Assembly: GCA_964016885.1 (NCBI GenBank)
Contig: OZ024758.1
Span: 38,998,001 to 39,062,000 of the forward strand
DNA from: Eledone cirrhosa
Taxonomy: Eukaryota
Direction of reading: 5' to 3'
DNA: 64,000 bases
Positions 26,246 through 41,029 of the stretch are shown here, piece by piece. The notes beneath the pieces were generated by a model. It made no database searches and was not told the DNA's origin. It saw nothing but the letters and a program-made list of their open reading frames with translations. The position numbers were made by a program, and so were the translations under genes. How positions within the stretch are numbered: position 1 is the stretch's first letter; the number at the start of each line of letters is the position of its first letter.

Positions 26246-29200
26246 TAACTCCACTGTTGGTGAGAATTCATTTAAGTCATGGTACTGGCTGTCAGAAGTA
26301 ACTCCAATGTTGGTGAGAATTCATTTAAGTTCATGGTATTAGCTGTCAGAAGTAACTCCACTGTTGGTGAGAATTCATTTAAGTTCATGGTATTAGCTGT
26401 CAGAAGGAACGCCACTGTTGGTGAGAATTCATTTAAGTTCATGGTATTAGCTGTCAGAAGTAACTCCACTGTTGGTGAGAATTCATTTAAGTTCATGGTA
26501 CTAGTTGTCAGAAGTAACTCCAATGTTGGTGAGAATTCATTTAAGTTCATGGTATTAGCTGTCAGAAGGAACTCCACTGTTGCTGAGAATTCATTTAAGT
26601 TCATGGTATTAGCTGTCAGAAGTAACTCCACTGTTGGTGAGAATTCATTTAAGTTCATGGTATTAGCTGTCAGAAGTAACTCCACTGTTGGTGAGAATTC
26701 ATTTAAGTCATGGTATTAGCTGTCAGAAGTAACTCCAATGTTGGTGAGAATTCATTTAAGTTCATGGTATTAGCTGTCAGAAGTCACTCCACTGTTGGTG
26801 AGAATACATTTAAGTTCATGGTACTAGCTGTCAGAAGTAACCCCAATGTTGGTGAGAATTCATTTAAGTTCATGGTATTAGCTGTCAGAAGTCACTCCAA
26901 TGTTGGTGAGAATTCATTTAAGTTCATGGTATTAGCTGTCAGAAGTAACTCCACTGTTGGTAAGAATTCATTTAAGTTCATGGTATTAGCTGTCAGAAGT
27001 AACTCCACTGTTGGTGAGAATTCATTTAAGTTCATGGTATTAGCTGTCAGAAGGAACGCCACTGTTGGTGAGAATTCATTTAAGTTCATGGTATTAGCTG
27101 TCAGAAGTAACTCCACTGTTGGTGAGAATTCATTTAAGTTCATGGTACTAGCTGTCAGAAGTAACTCCAATGTTGGTGAGAATTCATTTAAGTTCATGGT
27201 ATTAGCTGTCAGAAGGAACTCCACTGTTGCTGAGAATTCATTTAAGTTCATGGTATTAGCTGTCAGAAGTAACTCCACTGTTGGTGAGAATTCATTTAAG
27301 TTCATGGTACTAGCTGTCAGAAGTAACTCCACTGTTGGTGAGAATTCATTTAAGTTCATGGTATTAGCTGTCAGAAGTCACTCCAATGTTGGTGAGAATT
27401 CATTTAAGTTCATGGTATTAGCTGTCAGAAGTCACTCCACTGTTGGTGAGAATTCATTTAAGTTCATGGTACTAGCTGTCAGAAGTAACCCCAATGTTGG
27501 TGAGAATTCATTTAAGTTCATGGTATTAGCTGTCAGAAGTCACTCCAATGTTGGTGAGAATTCATTTAAGTTCATGGTATTAACTGTCAGAAGTAACTCC
27601 ACTGTTGGTGAGAATTCATTTAAGTTCATGGTATTAGCTGTCAGAAGTAACTCCACTGTTGGTGAGAATTCATTTAAGTTCATGGTATTAGCTGTCAGAA
27701 GTAACTCCACTGTTGGGGAGAATTCATTTAAGTTCATGGTATTAGCTGTCAGAAGTAACTCCACTGTTGGTGAGAATTCATTTAAGTTCATGGTATTAGC
27801 TGTCAGAAGGAACGCCACTGTTGGTGAGAATTCATTTAAGTTCATGGTATTAGCTGTCAGAAGTAACTCCACTGTTGGTGAGAATTCATTTAAGTTCATG
27901 GTACTAGCTGTCAGAAGTAACTCCAATGTTGGTGAGAATTCATTTAAGTTCATGGTATTAGCTGTCAGAAGGAACTCCACTGTTGCTGAGAATTCATTTA
28001 AGTTCATGGTATTAGCTGTCAGAAGTAACTCCACTGTTGGTGAGAATTCATTTAAGTTCATGGTACTAGCTGTCAGAAGTAACTCCACTGTTGGTGAGAA
28101 TTCATTTAAGTTCATGGTACTAGCTGTCAGAAGTAACTCCACTGTTGGTGAGAATTCATTTAAGTTCATGGTATTAGCTGTCAGAAGTAACTCCACTGTT
28201 GGTGAGAATTCATTTAAGTTCATGGTATTAGCTGTCAGAAGTAACTCCACTGTTGGTGAGAATTCATTTAAGTTCATGGTATTAGTTTGTCAGAAGTAAC
28301 TCCACTGTTGGTGAGAATTCATTTAAGTCATGGTATTAGTTGTCAGAAGTAACTCCAATGTTGGTGAGAATTCATTTAAGTTCATGGTACTAGCTGTCAG
28401 AAGTAACTCCACTGTTGGTGAGAATTCATTTAAGTTCATGGTATTAGCTGTCAGAAGTAACTCCACTGTTGGTGAGAATTCATTTAAGTCATGGTACTGG
28501 CTGTCAGAAGTAACTCCAATGTTGGTGAGAATTCATTTAAGTTCATGGTATTAGCTGTCAGAAGTAACTCCACTGTTGGTGAGAATTCATTTAAGTTCAT
28601 GGTATTAGCTGTCAGAAGGAACGCCACTGTTGGTGAGAATTCATTTAAGTTCATGGTATTAGCTGTCAGAAGTAACTCCACTGTTGGTGAGAATTCATTT
28701 AAGTTCATGGTACTAGTTGTCAGAAGTAACTCCAATGTTGGTGAGAATTCATTTAAGTTCATGGTATTAGCTGTCAGAAGGAACTCCACTGTTGCTGAGA
28801 ATTCATTTAAGTTCATGGTATTAGCTGTCAGAAGTAACTCCACTGTTGGTGAGAATTCATTTAAGTTCATGGTATTAGCTGTCAGAAGTAACTCCACTGT
28901 TGGTGAGAATTCATTTAAGTCATGGTATTAGCTGTCAGAAGTAACTCCAATGTTGGTGAGAATTCATTTAAGTTCATGGTATTAGCTGTCAGAAGTCACT
29001 CCACTGTTGGTGAGAATACATTTAAGTTCATGGTACTAGCTGTCAGAAGTAACCCCAATGTTGGTGAGAATTCATTTAAGTTCATGGTATTAGCTGTCAG
29101 AAGTCACTCCAATGTTGGTGAGAATTCATTTAAGTTCATGGTATTAGCTGTCAGAAGTAACTCCACTGTTGGTAAGAATTCATTTAAGTTCATGGTATTA

Positions 29201-29945
29201 GCTGTCAGAAGTAACTCCACTGTTGGTGAGAATTCATTTAAGTTCATGGTATTAGCTGTCAGAAGGAACGCCACTGTTGGTGAGAATTCATTTAAGTTCA
29301 TGGTATTAGCTGTCAGAAGTAACTCCACTGTTGGTGAGAATTCATTTAAGTTCATGGTACTAGCTGTCAGAAGTAACTCCAATGTTGGTGAGAATTCATT
29401 TAAGTTCATGGTATTAGCTGTCAGAAGGAACTCCACTGTTGCTGAGAATTCATTTAAGTTCATGGTATTAGCTGTCAGAAGTAACTCCACTGTTGGTGAG
29501 AATTCATTTAAGTTCATGGTACTAGCTGTCAGAAGTAACTCCACTGTTGGTGAGAATTCATTTAAGTTCATGGTATTAGCTGTCAGAAGTCACTCCAATG
29601 TTGGTGAGAATTCATTTAAGTTCATGGTATTAGCTGTCAGAAGTCACTCCACTGTTGGTGAGAATTCATTTAAGTTCATGGTACTAGCTGTCAGAAGTAA
29701 CCCCAATGTTGGTGAGAATTCATTTAAGTTCATGGTATTAGCTGTCAGAAGTCACTCCAATGTTGGTGAGAATTCATTTAAGTTCATGGTATTAACTGTC
29801 AGAAGTAACTCCACTGTTGGTGAGAATTCATTTAAGTTCATGGTATTAGCTGTCAGAAGTAACTCCACTGTTGGTGAGAATTCATTTAAGTTCATGGTAT
29901 TAGCTGTCAGAAGTAACTCCACTGTTGGGGAGAATTCATTTAAGT
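25510..29945. repeat. Tandem duplication, period 2212 bp (41 monomers)
   Basis: Offset 2212 for 26118/28330, 26279/28491 and 26710/28922. Shared variants CTAGTTGTC, ATTAACTG and TGGGGAG occur in register. Confidence 0.88.
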
Positions 29946-30089
29946 CATGGTATTAGCTGTCAGAAGTAACTCCAATGTTGGTGAGAATTCATTGAAGTTC
30001 ATGGTATTAGTTGTCAGAAGTCACTCCACTGTTGGTGAGAATTCATTTAAGTTCATGGTACTAGCTGTCAGAAGTAACCCCAATGTTGG

Positions 30090-33000
30090 TGAGAATTCAT
30101 TTAAGTTCATGGTATTAGCTGTCAGAAGTCACTCCAATGTTGGTGAGAATTCATTTAAGTTCATGGTATTAGCTGTCAGAAGTAACTCCACTGTTGGTGA
30201 GAATTCATTTAAGTTCATGGTATTAGCTGTCAGAAGTAACTCCACTGTTGGTGAGAATTCATTTAAGTTCATGGTATTAGCTGTCAGAAGTAACTCCACT
30301 GTTGGTGAGAATTCATTTAAGTTCATGGTATTAGCTGTCAGAAGTCACTCCAATGTTGGTGAGAATTCATTTAAGTCATGGTACTAGCTGTCAGAAGTAA
30401 CTCCACTGTTGGTGAGAATTCATTTAAGTTCATTGTATTAGCTGTCAGAAGGAACGCCACTGTTGGTGAGAATTCATTTAAGTTCATGGTATTAGCTGTC
30501 AGAAGTAACTCCACTGTTGGTGAGAATTCATTTAAGTTCATGGTACTAGCTGTCAGAAGTAACTCCAATGTTGGTGAGAATCCATTTAAGTTCATGGTAT
30601 TAGCTGTCAGAAGGAACTCCACTGTTGCTGAGAATTCATTTAAGTTCATGGTATTAGCTGTCAGAAGTAACTCCACTGTTGGTGAGAATTCATTTAAGTT
30701 CATGGTACTAGCTGTCAGAAGTCACTCCACTGTTGGTGAGAATACATTTAAGTTCATGGTACTAGCTGTCAGAAGTTACCCCAATGTTGGTGAGAATTCA
30801 TTTAAGTTCATGGTATTAGCTGTCAGAAGTCACTCCAATGTTGGTGAGAATTCATTTAAGTTCATGGTATTAGCTGTCAGAAGTAACTCCACTGTTGGTA
30901 AGAATTCATTTAAGTTCATGGTATTAGCTGTCAGAAGTAACTCCACTGTTGGTGAGAATTCATTTAAGTTCATGGTATTAGCTGTCAGAAGGAACGCCAC
31001 TGTTGGTGAGAATTCATTTAAGTTCATGGTATTAGCTGTCAGAAGTAACTCCACTGTTGGTGAGAATTCATTTAAGTTCATGGTACTAGCTGTCAGAAGT
31101 AACTCCACTGTAGGTGAGAATTCATTTAAGTTCATGGTATTAGCTGTCAGAAGTCACTCCAATGTTGGTGAGAATTCATTTAAGTTCATGGTATTAGCTG
31201 TCAGAAGTCACTCCACTGTTGGTGAGAATTCATTTAAGTTCATGGTACTAGCTGTCAGAAGTAACCCCAATGTTGGTGAGAATTCATTTAAGTTCATGGT
31301 ATTAGCTGTCAGAAGTCACTCCAATGTTGGTGAGAATTCATTTAAGTTCATGGTATTAGCTGTCAGAAGTAACTCCACTGTTGGTGAGAATTCATTTAAG
31401 TTCATGGTATTAGCTGTCAGAAGTAACTCCACTGTTGGTGAGAATTCATTTAAGTTCATGGTATTAGCTGTCAGAAGTAACTCCACTGTTGGTGAGAATT
31501 CATTTAAGTCATGGTATTAGCTGTCAGAAGTAACTCCAATGTTGGTGAGAATTCATTTAAGTTCATGGTATTAGCTGTCAGAAGTCACTCCACTGTTGGT
31601 GAGAATTCATTTAAGTTCATGGTACTAGCTGTCAGAAGTAACCCCAATGTTGGTGAGAATTCATTTAAGTTCATGGTATTAGCTGTCAGAAGTCACTCCA
31701 ATGTTGGTGAGAATTCATTTAAGTTCATGGTATTAGCTGTCAGAAGTAACTCCACTGTTGGTGAGAATTCATTTAAGTTCATGGTATTAGCTGTCAGAAG
31801 TAACTCCACTGTTGGTGAGAATTCATTTAAGTTCATGGTATTAGCTGTCAGAAGTAACTCCACTGTTGGTGAGAATTCATTTAAGTTCATGGTATTAGCT
31901 GTCAGAAGGAACTCCAATGTTGGTGAGAATTCATTTAAGTCATGGTACTAGCTGTCAGAAGTAACTCCACTGTTGGTGAGAATTCATTTAAGTTCATGGT
32001 ATTAGCTGTCAGAAGGAACTCCACTGTTGGTGAGAATTCATTTAAGTTCATGGTATTAGCTGTCAGAAGTAACTCCACTGTTGGTGAGAATTCATTTAAG
32101 TTCATGGTATTAGCTGTCAGAAGTAACTGCACCGTTGGTGAGAATTCATTTAAGTTCATGGTACTAGCTGTCAGAAGTAACTCCAATGTTGGTGAGAATT
32201 CATTTAAGTTCATGGTATTAGCTGTCAGAAGTAACTCCACTGTTGGTGAGAATTCATTTAAGTTCATGGTATTAGCTGTCAGAAGTAACTCCACTGTTGG
32301 TAAGAATTCATTTAAGTTCATGGTATTAGCTGTCAGAAGTAACTCCACTGTTGGTGAGAATTCATTTAAGTTCATGGTATTAGCTGTCAGAAGGAACGCC
32401 ACTGTTGGTGAGAATTCATTTAAGTTCATGGTATTAGCTGTCAGAAGTAACTCCACTGTTGGTGAGAATTCATTTAAGTTCATGGTACTAGCTGTCAGAA
32501 GTAACTCCACTGTTGGTGAGAATTCATTTAAGTTCATGGTATTAGCTGTCAGAAGTCACTCCAATGTTGGTGAGAATTCATTTAAGTTCATGGTATTAGC
32601 TGTCAGAAGTCACTCCACGGTTGGTGAGAATTCATTTAAGTTCATGGTACTAGCTGTCAGAAGTAACCCCAATGTTGGTGAGAATTCATTTAAGTTCATG
32701 GTATTAGCTGTCAGAAGTAACTCCACTGTTGGTGAGAATTCATTTAAGTTCATGGTATTAGCTGTCAGAAGTAACTCCACTGTTGGTGAGAATTCATTTA
32801 AGTTCATGGTATTAGCTGTCAGAAGTAACTCCACTGTTGGTGAGAATTCATTTAAGTCATGGTATTAGCTGTCAGAAGTAACTCCAATGTTGGTGAGAAT
32901 TCATTTAAGTTCATGGTATTAGCTGTCAGAAGTCACTCCACTGTTGGTGAGAATTCATTTAAGTTCATGGTACTAGCTGTCAGAAGTAACCCCAATGTTG

Positions 33001-36000
33001 GTGAGAATTCATTTAAGTTCATGGTATTAGCTGTCAGAAGTCACTCCAATGTTGGTGAGAATTCATTTAAGTTCATGGTATTAGCTGTCAGAAGTAACTC
33101 CACTGTTGGTGAGAATTCATTTAAGTTCATGGTATTAGCTGTCAGAAGTAACTCCACTGTTGGTGAGAATTCATTTAAGTTCATGGTATTAGCTGTCAGA
33201 AGTAACTCCACTGTTGGTGAGAATTCATTTAAGTTCATGGTATTAGCTGTCAGAAGGAACTCCAATGTTGGTGAGAATTCATTTAAGTCATGGTACTAGC
33301 TGTCAGAAGTAACTCCACTGTTGGTGAGAATTCATTTAAGTTCATGGTATTAGCTGTCAGAAGGAACTCCACTGTTGGTGAGAATTCATTTAAGTTCATG
33401 GTATTAGCTGTCAGAAGTCACTCCACTGTTGGTGAGAATACATTTAAGTTCATGGTACTAGCTGTCAGAAGTAACCCCACTGTTGGTGAGAATTCATTTA
33501 AGTTCATGGTATTAGCTGTCAGAAGGAACGCCACTGTTGGTGAGAATTCATTTAAGTTCATGGTATTAGCTGTCAGAAGTAACTCCACTGTTGGTGAGAA
33601 TTCATTTAAGTTCATGGTACTAGCTGTCAGAAGTAACTCCAATGTTGGTGAGAATTCATTTAAGTTCATGGTATTAGCTGTCAGAAGGAACTCCACTGTT
33701 GCTGAGAATTCATTTAAGTTCATGGTATTAGCTGTCAGAAGTAACTCCACTGTTGGTGAGAATTCATTTAAGTTCATGGTACTAGCTGTCAGAAGTAACT
33801 CCACTGTTGGTGAGAATTCATTTAAGTTCATGGTATTAGCTGTCAGAAGTCACTCCAATGTTGGTGAGAATTCATTTAAGTTCATGGTATTAGCTGTCAG
33901 AAGTCACTCCACTGTTGGTGAGAATTCATTTAAGTTCATGGTACTAGCTGTCAGAAGTAACCCCAATGTTGGTGAGAATTCATTTAAGTTCATGGTATTA
34001 GCTGTCAGAAGTCACTCCAATGTTGGTGAGAATTCATTTAAGTTCATGGTATTAGCTGTCAGAAGTCACTCCAATGTTGGTGAGAATTCATTTAAGTTCA
34101 TGGTATTAGCTGTCAGAAGTCACTCCACTGTTGGTGAGAATTCATTTAAGTTCATGGTACTAGCTGTCAGAAGTAACCCCAATGTTGGTGAGAATTCATT
34201 TAAGTTCATGGTATTAGCTGTCAGAAGTCACTCCAATGTTGGTGAGAATTCATTTAAGTTCATGGTATTAACTGTCAGAAGTAACTCCACTGTTGGTGAG
34301 AATTCATTTAAGTTCATGGTATTAGCTGTCAGAAGTAACTCCACTGTTGGTGAGAATTCATTTATGTTCATGGTATTAGCTGTCAGAAGTAACTCCGCTG
34401 TTGGTGAGAATTCATTTAAGTCATGGTATTAGCTGTCAGAAGTAACTCCAATGTTGGTGAGAATTCATTTAAGTTCATGGTATTAGCTGTCAGAAGTAAC
34501 TCCACTGTTGGTGAGAATTCATTTAAGTTCATGGTATTAGCTGTCAGAAGTCACTCCAATGTTGGTGAGAATTCATTTAAGTTCATGGTATTAGCTGTCA
34601 GAAGTAACTCCACTGTTGGTGAGAATTCATTTAAGTTCATGGTATTAGCTGTCAGAAGTAACTCCACTGTTGGTGAGAATTCATTTAAGTTCATGGTATT
34701 AGCTGTCAGAAGTAACTCCACTGTTGGTGAGAATTCATTTAAGTTCATGGTATTAGCTGTCAGAAGTCACTCCAATGTTGGTGAGAATTCATTTAAGTCA
34801 TGGTACTAGCTGTCAGAAGTAACTCCACTGTTGGTGAGAATTCATTTAAGTTCATTGTATTAGCTGTCAGAAGGAACGCCACTGTTGGTGAGAATTCATT
34901 TAAGTTCATGGTATTAGCTGTCAGAAGTAACTCCACTGTTGGTGAGAATTCATTTAAGTTCATGGTACTAGCTGTCAGAAGTAACTCCAATGTTGGTGAG
35001 AATCCATTTAAGTTCATGGTATTAGCTGTCAGAAGGAACTCCACTGTTGCTGAGAATTCATTTAAGTTCATGGTATTAGCTGTCAGAAGTAACTCCACTG
35101 TTGGTGAGAATTCATTTAAGTTCATGGTACTAGCTGTCAGAAGTCACTCCACTGTTGGTGAGAATACATTTAAGTTCATGGTACTAGCTGTCAGAAGTTA
35201 CCCCAATGTTGGTGAGAATTAATTTAAGTTCATGGTATTAGCTGTCAGAAGTCACTCCAATGTTGGTGAGAATTCATTTAAGTTCATGGTATTAGCTGTC
35301 AGAAGTAACTCCACTGTTGGTAAGAATTCATTTAAGTTCATGGTATTAGCTGTCAGAAGTAACTCCACTGTTGGTGAGAATTCATTTAAGTTCATGGTAT
35401 TAGCTGTCAGAAGGAACGCCACTGTTGGTGAGAATTCATTTAAGTTCATGGTATTAGCTGTCAGAAGTAACTCCACTGTTGGTGAGAATTCATTTAAGTT
35501 CATGGTACTAGCTGTCAGAAGTAACTCCACTGTTGGTGAGAATTCATTTAAGTTCATGGTATTAGCTGTCAGAAGTCACTCCAATGTTGGTGAGAATTCA
35601 TTTAAGTTCATGGTATTAGCTGTCAGAAGTCACTCCACTGTTGGTGAGAATTCATTTAAGTTCATGGTACTAGCTGTCAGAAGTAACCCCAATGTTGGTG
35701 AGAATTCATTTAAGTTCATGGTATTAGCTGTCAGAAGTCACTCCAATGTTGGTGAGAATTCATTTAAGTTCATGGTATTAGCTGTCAGAAGTAACTCCAC
35801 TGTTGGTGAGAATTCATTTAAGTTCATGGTATTAGCTGTCAGAAGTAACTCCACTGTTGGTGAGAATTCATTTAAGTTCATGGTATTAGCTGTCAGAAGT
35901 AACTCCACTGTTGGTGAGAATTCATTTAAGTCATGGTATTAGCTGTCAGAAGTAACTCCAATGTTGGTGAGAATTCATTTAAGTTCATGGTATTAGCTGT

Positions 36001-38970
36001 CAGAAGTCACTCCACTGTTGGTGAGAATTCATTTAAGTTCATGGTACTAGCTGTCAGAAGTAACCCCAATGTTGGTGAGAATTCATTTAAGTTCATGGTA
36101 TTAGCTGTCAGAAGTCACTCCAATGTTGGTGAGAATTCATTTAAGTTCATGGTATTAGCTGTCAGAAGTAACTCCACTGTTGGTGAGAATTCATTTAAGT
36201 TCATGGTATTAGCTGTCAGAAGTAACTCCACTGTTGGTGAGAATTCATTTAAGTTCATGGTATTAGCTGTCAGAAGTAACTCCACTGTTGGTGAGAATTC
36301 ATTTAAGTTCATGGTATTAGCTGTCAGAAGGAACTCCAATGTTGGTGAGAATTCATTTAAGTCATGGTACTAGCTGTCAGAAGTAACTCCACTGTTGGTG
36401 AGAATTCATTTAAGTTCATGGTATTAGCTGTCAGAAGGAACTCCACTGTTGGTGAGAATTCATTTAAGTTCATGGTATTAGCTGTCAGAAGTAACTCCAC
36501 TGTTGGTGAGAATTCATTTAAGTTCATGGTATTAGCTGTCAGAAGTAACTGCACCGTTGGTGAGAATTCATTTAAGTTCATGGTACTAGCTGTCAGAAGT
36601 AACTCCAATGTTGGTGAGAATTCATTTAAGTTCATGGTATTAGCTGTCAGAAGTAACTCCACTGTTGGTGAGAATTCATTTAAGTTCATGGTATTAGCTG
36701 TCAGAAGTAACTCCACTGTTGGTAAGAATTCATTTAAGTTCATGGTATTAGCTGTCAGAAGTAACTCCACTGTTGGTGAGAATTCATTTAAGTTCATGGT
36801 ATTAGCTGTCAGAAGGAACGCCACTGTTGGTGAGAATTCATTTAAGTTCATGGTATTAGCTGTCAGAAGTAACTCCACTGTTGGTGAGAATTCATTTAAG
36901 TTCATGGTACTAGCTGTCAGAAGTAACTCCACTGTTGGTGAGAATTCATTTAAGTTCATGGTATTAGCTGTCAGAAGTCACTCCAATGTTGGTGAGAATT
37001 CATTTAAGTTCATGGTATTAGCTGTCAGAAGTCACTCCACGGTTGGTGAGAATTCATTTAAGTTCATGGTACTAGCTGTCAGAAGTAACCCCAATGTTGG
37101 TGAGAATTCATTTAAGTTCATGGTATTAGCTGTCAGAAGTAACTCCACTGTTGGTGAGAATTCATTTAAGTTCATGGTATTAGCTGTCAGAAGTAACTCC
37201 ACTGTTGGTGAGAATTCATTTAAGTTCATGGTATTAGCTGTCAGAAGTAACTCCACTGTTGGTGAGAATTCATTTAAGTCATGGTATTAGCTGTCAGAAG
37301 TAACTCCAATGTTGGTGAGAATTCATTTAAGTTCATGGTATTAGCTGTCAGAAGTCACTCCACTGTTGGTGAGAATTCATTTAAGTTCATGGTACTAGCT
37401 GTCAGAAGTAACCCCAATGTTGGTGAGAATTCATTTAAGTTCATGGTATTAGCTGTCAGAAGTCACTCCAATGTTGGTGAGAATTCATTTAAGTTCATGG
37501 TATTAGCTGTCAGAAGTAACTCCACTGTTGGTGAGAATTCATTTAAGTTCATGGTATTAGCTGTCAGAAGTAACTCCACTGTTGGTGAGAATTCATTTAA
37601 GTTCATGGTATTAGCTGTCAGAAGTAACTCCACTGTTGGTGAGAATTCATTTAAGTTCATGGTATTAGCTGTCAGAAGGAACTCCAATGTTGGTGAGAAT
37701 TCATTTAAGTCATGGTACTAGCTGTCAGAAGTAACTCCACTGTTGGTGAGAATTCATTTAAGTTCATGGTATTAGCTGTCAGAAGGAACTCCACTGTTGG
37801 TGAGAATTCATTTAAGTTCATGGTATTAGCTGTCAGAAGTCACTCCACTGTTGGTGAGAATACATTTAAGTTCATGGTACTAGCTGTCAGAAGTAACCCC
37901 ACTGTTGGTGAGAATTCATTTAAGTTCATGGTATTAGCTGTCAGAAGGAACGCCACTGTTGGTGAGAATTCATTTAAGTTCATGGTATTAGCTGTCAGAA
38001 GTAACTCCACTGTTGGTGAGAATTCATTTAAGTTCATGGTACTAGCTGTCAGAAGTAACTCCAATGTTGGTGAGAATTCATTTAAGTTCATGGTATTAGC
38101 TGTCAGAAGGAACTCCACTGTTGCTGAGAATTCATTTAAGTTCATGGTATTAGCTGTCAGAAGTAACTCCACTGTTGGTGAGAATTCATTTAAGTTCATG
38201 GTACTAGCTGTCAGAAGTAACTCCACTGTTGGTGAGAATTCATTTAAGTTCATGGTATTAGCTGTCAGAAGTCACTCCAATGTTGGTGAGAATTCATTTA
38301 AGTTCATGGTATTAGCTGTCAGAAGTCACTCCACTGTTGGTGAGAATTCATTTAAGTTCATGGTACTAGCTGTCAGAAGTAACCCCAATGTTGGTGAGAA
38401 TTCATTTAAGTTCATGGTATTAGCTGTCAGAAGTCACTCCAATGTTGGTGAGAATTCATTTAAGTTCATGGTATTAGCTGTCAGAAGTCACTCCAATGTT
38501 GGTGAGAATTCATTTAAGTTCATGGTATTAGCTGTCAGAAGTCACTCCACTGTTGGTGAGAATTCATTTAAGTTCATGGTACTAGCTGTCAGAAGTAACC
38601 CCAATGTTGGTGAGAATTCATTTAAGTTCATGGTATTAGCTGTCAGAAGTCACTCCAATGTTGGTGAGAATTCATTTAAGTTCATGGTATTAACTGTCAG
38701 AAGTAACTCCACTGTTGGTGAGAATTCATTTAAGTTCATGGTATTAGCTGTCAGAAGTAACTCCACTGTTGGTGAGAATTCATTTAAGTTCATGGTATTA
38801 GCTGTCAGAAGTAACTCCGCTGTTGGTGAGAATTCATTTAAGTCATGGTATTAGCTGTCAGAAGTAACTCCAATGTTGGTGAGAATTCATTTAAGTTCAT
38901 GGTATTAGCTGTCAGAAGTAACTCCACTGTTGGTGAGAATTCATTTAAGTTCATGGTATTAGCTGTCAGA
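30090..38970. repeat. Tandem duplication, period 4422 bp (82 monomers), each copy containing an internal 1348-bp (25-monomer) repeat
   Basis: Offset 4422 for 30378/34800, 31511/35933, 31942/36364, 32859/37281 and 33290/37712. AAGTTACCCC is seen only at ~30776 and ~35198, and AACTGCACCG at 32129/36551. The internal offset of 1348 is seen at 31511/32859 and 35933/37281. Confidence 0.92.
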
Positions 38971-41029
38971 AGTAACTCCACTGTTGGGGAGAATTCATTT
39001 AAGTCATGGTATTAGCTGTCAGAAGTAACTCCAATGTTGGTGAGAATTCATTGAAGTTCATGGTATTAGTTGTCAGAAGTCACTCCACTGTTGGTGAGAA
39101 TTCATTTAAGTTCATGGTACTAGCTGTCAGAAGTAACCCCAATGTTGGTGAGAATTCATTTAAGTTCATGGTATTAGCTGTCAGAAGTCACTCCAATGTT
39201 GGTGAGAATTCATTTAAGTTCATGGTATTAGCTGTCAGAAGTAACTCCACTGTTGGTGAGAATTCATTTAAGTTCATGGTATTAGCTGTCAGAAGTAACT
39301 CCACTGTTGGTGAGAATTCATTTAAGTTCATGGTATTAGCTGTCAGAAGTAACTCCACTGTTGGTGAGAATTCATTTAAGTTCATGGTATTAGCTGTCAG
39401 AAGTCACTCCAATGTTGGTGAGAATTCATTTAAGTCATGGTACTAGCTGTCAGAAGTAACTCCACTGTTGGTGAGAATTCATTTAAGTTCATTGTATTAG
39501 CTGTCAGAAGGAACGCCACTGTTGGTGAGAATTCATTTAAGTTCATGGTATTAGCTGTCAGAAGTAACTCCACTGTTGGTGAGAATTCATTTAAGTTCAT
39601 GGTACTAGCTGTCAGAAGTAACTCCAATGTTGGTGAGAATCCATTTAAGTTCATGGTATTAGCTGTCAGAAGGAACTCCACTGTTGCTGAGAATTCATTT
39701 AAGTTCATGGTATTAGCTGTCAGAAGTAACTCCACTGTTGGTGAGAATTCATTTAAGTTCATGGTACTAGCTGTCAGAAGTCACTCCACTGTTGGTGAGA
39801 ATACATTTAAGTTCATGGTACTAGCTGTCAGAAGTAACCCCAATGTTGGTGAGAATTCATTTAAGTTCATGGTATTAGCTGTCAGAAGTCACTCCAATGT
39901 TGGTGAGAATTCATTTAAGTTCATGGTATTAGCTGTCAGAAGTAACTCCACTGTTGGTAAGAATTCATTTAAGTTCATGGTATTAGCTGTCAGAAGTAAC
40001 TCCACTGTTGGTGAGAATTCATTTAAGTTCATGGTATTAGCTGTCAGAAGGAACGCCACTGTTGGTGAGAATTCATTTAAGTTCATGGTATTAGCTGTCA
40101 GAAGTAACTCCACTGTTGGTGAGAATTCATTTAAGTTCATGGTACTAGCTGTCAGAAGTAACTCCACTGTTGGTGAGAATTCATTTAAGTTCATGGTATT
40201 AGCTGTCAGAAGTCACTCCAATGTTGGTGAGAATTCATTTAAGTTCATGGTATTAGCTGTCAGAAGTCACTCCACTGTTGGTGAGAATTCATTTAAGTTC
40301 ATGGTACTAGCTGTCAGAAGTAACCCCAATGTTGGTGAGAATTCATTTAAGTTCATGGTATTAGCTGTCAGAAGTCACTCCAATGTTGGTGAGAATTCAT
40401 TTAAGTTCATGGTATTAGCTGTCAGAAGTAACTCCACTGTTGGTGAGAATTCATTTAAGTTCATGGTATTAGCTGTCAGAAGTAACTCCACTGTTGGTGA
40501 GAATTCATTTAAGTTCATGGTATTAGCTGTCAGAAGTAACTCCACTGTTGGTGAGAATTCATTTAAGTCATGGTATTAGCTGTCAGAAGTAACTCCAATG
40601 TTGGTGAGAATTCATTTAAGTTCATGGTATTAGCTGTCAGAAGTCACTCCACTGTTGGTGAGAATTCATTTAAGTTCATGGTACTAGCTGTCAGAAGTAA
40701 CCCCAATGTTGGTGAGAATTCATTTAAGTTCATGGTATTAGCTGTCAGAAGTCACTCCAATGTTGGTGAGAATTCATTTAAGTTCATGGTATTAGCTGTC
40801 AGAAGTAACTCCACTGTTGGTGAGAATTCATTTAAGTTCATGGTATTAGCTGTCAGAAGTAACTCCACTGTTGGTGAGAATTCATTTAAGTTCATGGTAT
40901 TAGCTGTCAGAAGTAACTCCACTGTTGGTGAGAATTCATTTAAGTTCATGGTATTAGCTGTCAGAAGGAACTCCAATGTTGGTGAGAATTCATTTAAGTC
41001 ATGGTACTAGCTGTCAGAAGTAACTCCAC